Shown: in pieces, positions 62,201-64,000 of the stretch
Layout of the letters: each line of letters opens with the position of its first letter
Numbering within the stretch: position 1 is the first letter of the stretch
Assembly: GCA_046563655.1 (NCBI GenBank)
Contig: CM102285.1
Location: forward strand, 9,982,001-10,046,000
Length of the DNA: 64,000 nucleotides
Reading direction: 5' to 3'
Source: Yuukianura sp. NJ FZ-2021
Lineage: Eukaryota
Translations under genes and position numbers: made by a program
The notes under the pieces: generated by a model
What the model saw: only the letters and a program-made list of their open reading frames with translations
Databases searched by the model: none
What the model was told of the DNA's origin: nothing

Positions 62201-64000
62201 GTTGGAGTGGAGATGATTGGATGTGTCAGGGTTGGTACGAAGGAGAAATAAACCTTCAAATTCCCAATGCCCCTTGACAGGGCCCTCCCAAACAGCTGGG
62301 ATCTGTCTTGGCCCAATAGAAGTTCGAGAGACTTGGGAAATAAATTAAATAGAATAATTTAGGGTTAGCAGAACTAACGACAAAATTAAGGTCTTTCGGT
62401 AGTTTCAGCGGGGAGAAGAAATTGGTCTAAGTACTTGGCAGCGAAACCTAAATCTATATAGATGGATTTGTAGAAACCGGGAAAAATAGGCTGGCCTATA
62501 CCCTCTGTTTTTTCAATTCAGTCCGTGTGCTGCCAATAATTTGTGTCATGGATAGCAAAAGATTGCGAGAAAAACATTTCTAGGGAGGGAATTTTGCGAA
62601 AGCAGGTGAAAGTTGAATCAGTTGGCGCGAAAAAATCCAGCTGAAATCAGCATAGAATCACTACGAGAATAAACCTTGTCACACGGAGATGACATTTGGG
62701 ATGACAAAAGATGTGAGAAAAAGCCTTTCTTCCTGCCTGTCTTCTGCTCTGACTTTTGCCCGTGTTCTCTTGAATTTAACTTTTCTTCTAGAAAGTCAAG
62801 AAAAGTTGTCCTCCTGTGTGACATGTTTGAAAAAGTGAGCAGTGTAGGTCATATCCCTTTTCTTTCTAGGAACAACTTTCGTCAAAGTTTGTTGATTTAT
62901 ATGTCTCCCGTGTGAGTAGTTATCCCTGTGGTGAGAAAGTGCCCAATTTTAGGCATTAACTGCGAAAGAGAGTCTAACGTAACCCAGAGGAGGAGAAAGT
63001 CTATGCCTGAAAACGTAAAAGTAGTTTGTATTTTGGTGGATTGAAGCAACGAGGGACTAATTAATTTTCCAAAGTTGGTTAGAGTTGTAAAAGAAGAAGG
63101 GAGGTTGCGTGTGTGATGCCTGGAGGAATGGGAAAATGGGAGTGGTCGTCGGGAAGTTTCATTACTATTCTGACAAGGCATCTCTTACGCTAGTAACTCA
63201 AAAGTAAATGCGGGAAAGTTCTTTTTTTTAATAAAGAGAAAGTTTGTTTTTTTCCCGGTGGGCTCTTTGATTGGTAGAGTAAATTGGAGTGTAAAGGAAC
63301 AAACCCTAAACCTGAAAACTTTGAACTTTTCCGCTTTTACTTACACTTTGATTTGATTTTGGAAAATTTATAGACCCGTCTCAGTACAATTTATGAGAAC
63401 TCGAAAGCTATCATCCAAAACCAACTCAAGTCGTCCTTACAACTTCTAGTGAAGAAGTAAAAGAAGCTTTGTGAAGTTAGTAAGAAGTAAAAGTAGAAAA
63501 ATTAAAAGTAGTAAAAGTAAAATTCCTGAAATGTGGAACTTGGAAGACGTTAAAAAGTAACTGTTGGATTGGAATTGGTCTGAGGAGAAAGTGGAGAAAG
63601 CTATAATGTTTATTGGTATGGAAGAGATTCCTTTGGATTGAAGACTTTTTGTGTATCTAAATTGCCAAAGTTGTCCTCTGTGTTTGTACTTTCTTCGGAT
63701 AGAAAGAGTTTGTGTGGATTGGATCCGATTCGGATCCAAGTGTCTTGAGTCAATTAAAAGTGTAATGGATGCAGTGTCTTGGAGGAAAAGCAGAGGATGC
63801 CCTGTCTTTGGTCCTTATTGGTATTCTAGTGGCTGGGATGATAATGTTACTTGAAGCAGTTAAACATTTTCTGGAAGGTTGCTAAGCCAAGATCCAGAGA
63901 AGCCAGAGTGTGTCAGTTGATTTAGGAGTTGGTTGGAGGTAAAAGGCTTTAAAGACAAAAAGGAAATGAATGGTTGGACGTGGGCTGGTGTATAAATTGT
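29214..64000 (+). other. Apparent giant mib1 intron (>34.7 kb), non-coding
   Basis: Begins with the strong donor AG|GTAAGA in mid-ankyrin. No recognisable next mib1 exon, other conserved gene or transposase ORF was seen. A persistent excess of G over C and T over A on the + strand is consistent with + strand transcription. Confidence 0.7.

Noticed and set aside
63450..63525. Degenerate AAAAGT/AAGAAGT repeats
   Set aside because: A short slippage-type low-complexity tract with no further structure.
29277..63854. Numerous 60-137 aa ORFs in the ORF track
   Set aside because: They are low-complexity F/L/K/S-rich translations, many with TTG/GTG starts and no recognisable domains. This is expected from skewed AT-rich non-coding DNA.

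Overview
Eukaryotic genomic DNA, probably from an arthropod or other invertebrate (inference from the genes, the short GT-AG introns and a cuticle-like peptide). The left ~29 kb is very gene-dense, with mostly 60-110 nt introns. In order it holds acetyl-CoA synthetase (partial, -), greatwall/MASTL kinase (-), URM1 (-), a small secreted cuticle-like peptide (+), FTSJ1/Trm7 (-), GTPBP10 (+), Rpn12/PSMD8 (-), SLC25A42 CoA carrier (-), a bestrophin (-) and mind bomb mib1 (+). The bestrophin has a GC-AG intron, a 16-nt microexon and an intron containing three non-autonomous transposons. After mib1 exon 16 (ends 29213) I could not find the next exon. The remaining ~35 kb therefore appears to be one giant intron. 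It is G/T-skewed and seeded with dozens of dispersed GAGAAAGT/ACTTTCTC and GTTAGGTTAG/AACCTAAC motifs, and it is the most unusual structure in the window. All exon boundaries and motif counts were read by eye and no databases were searched.
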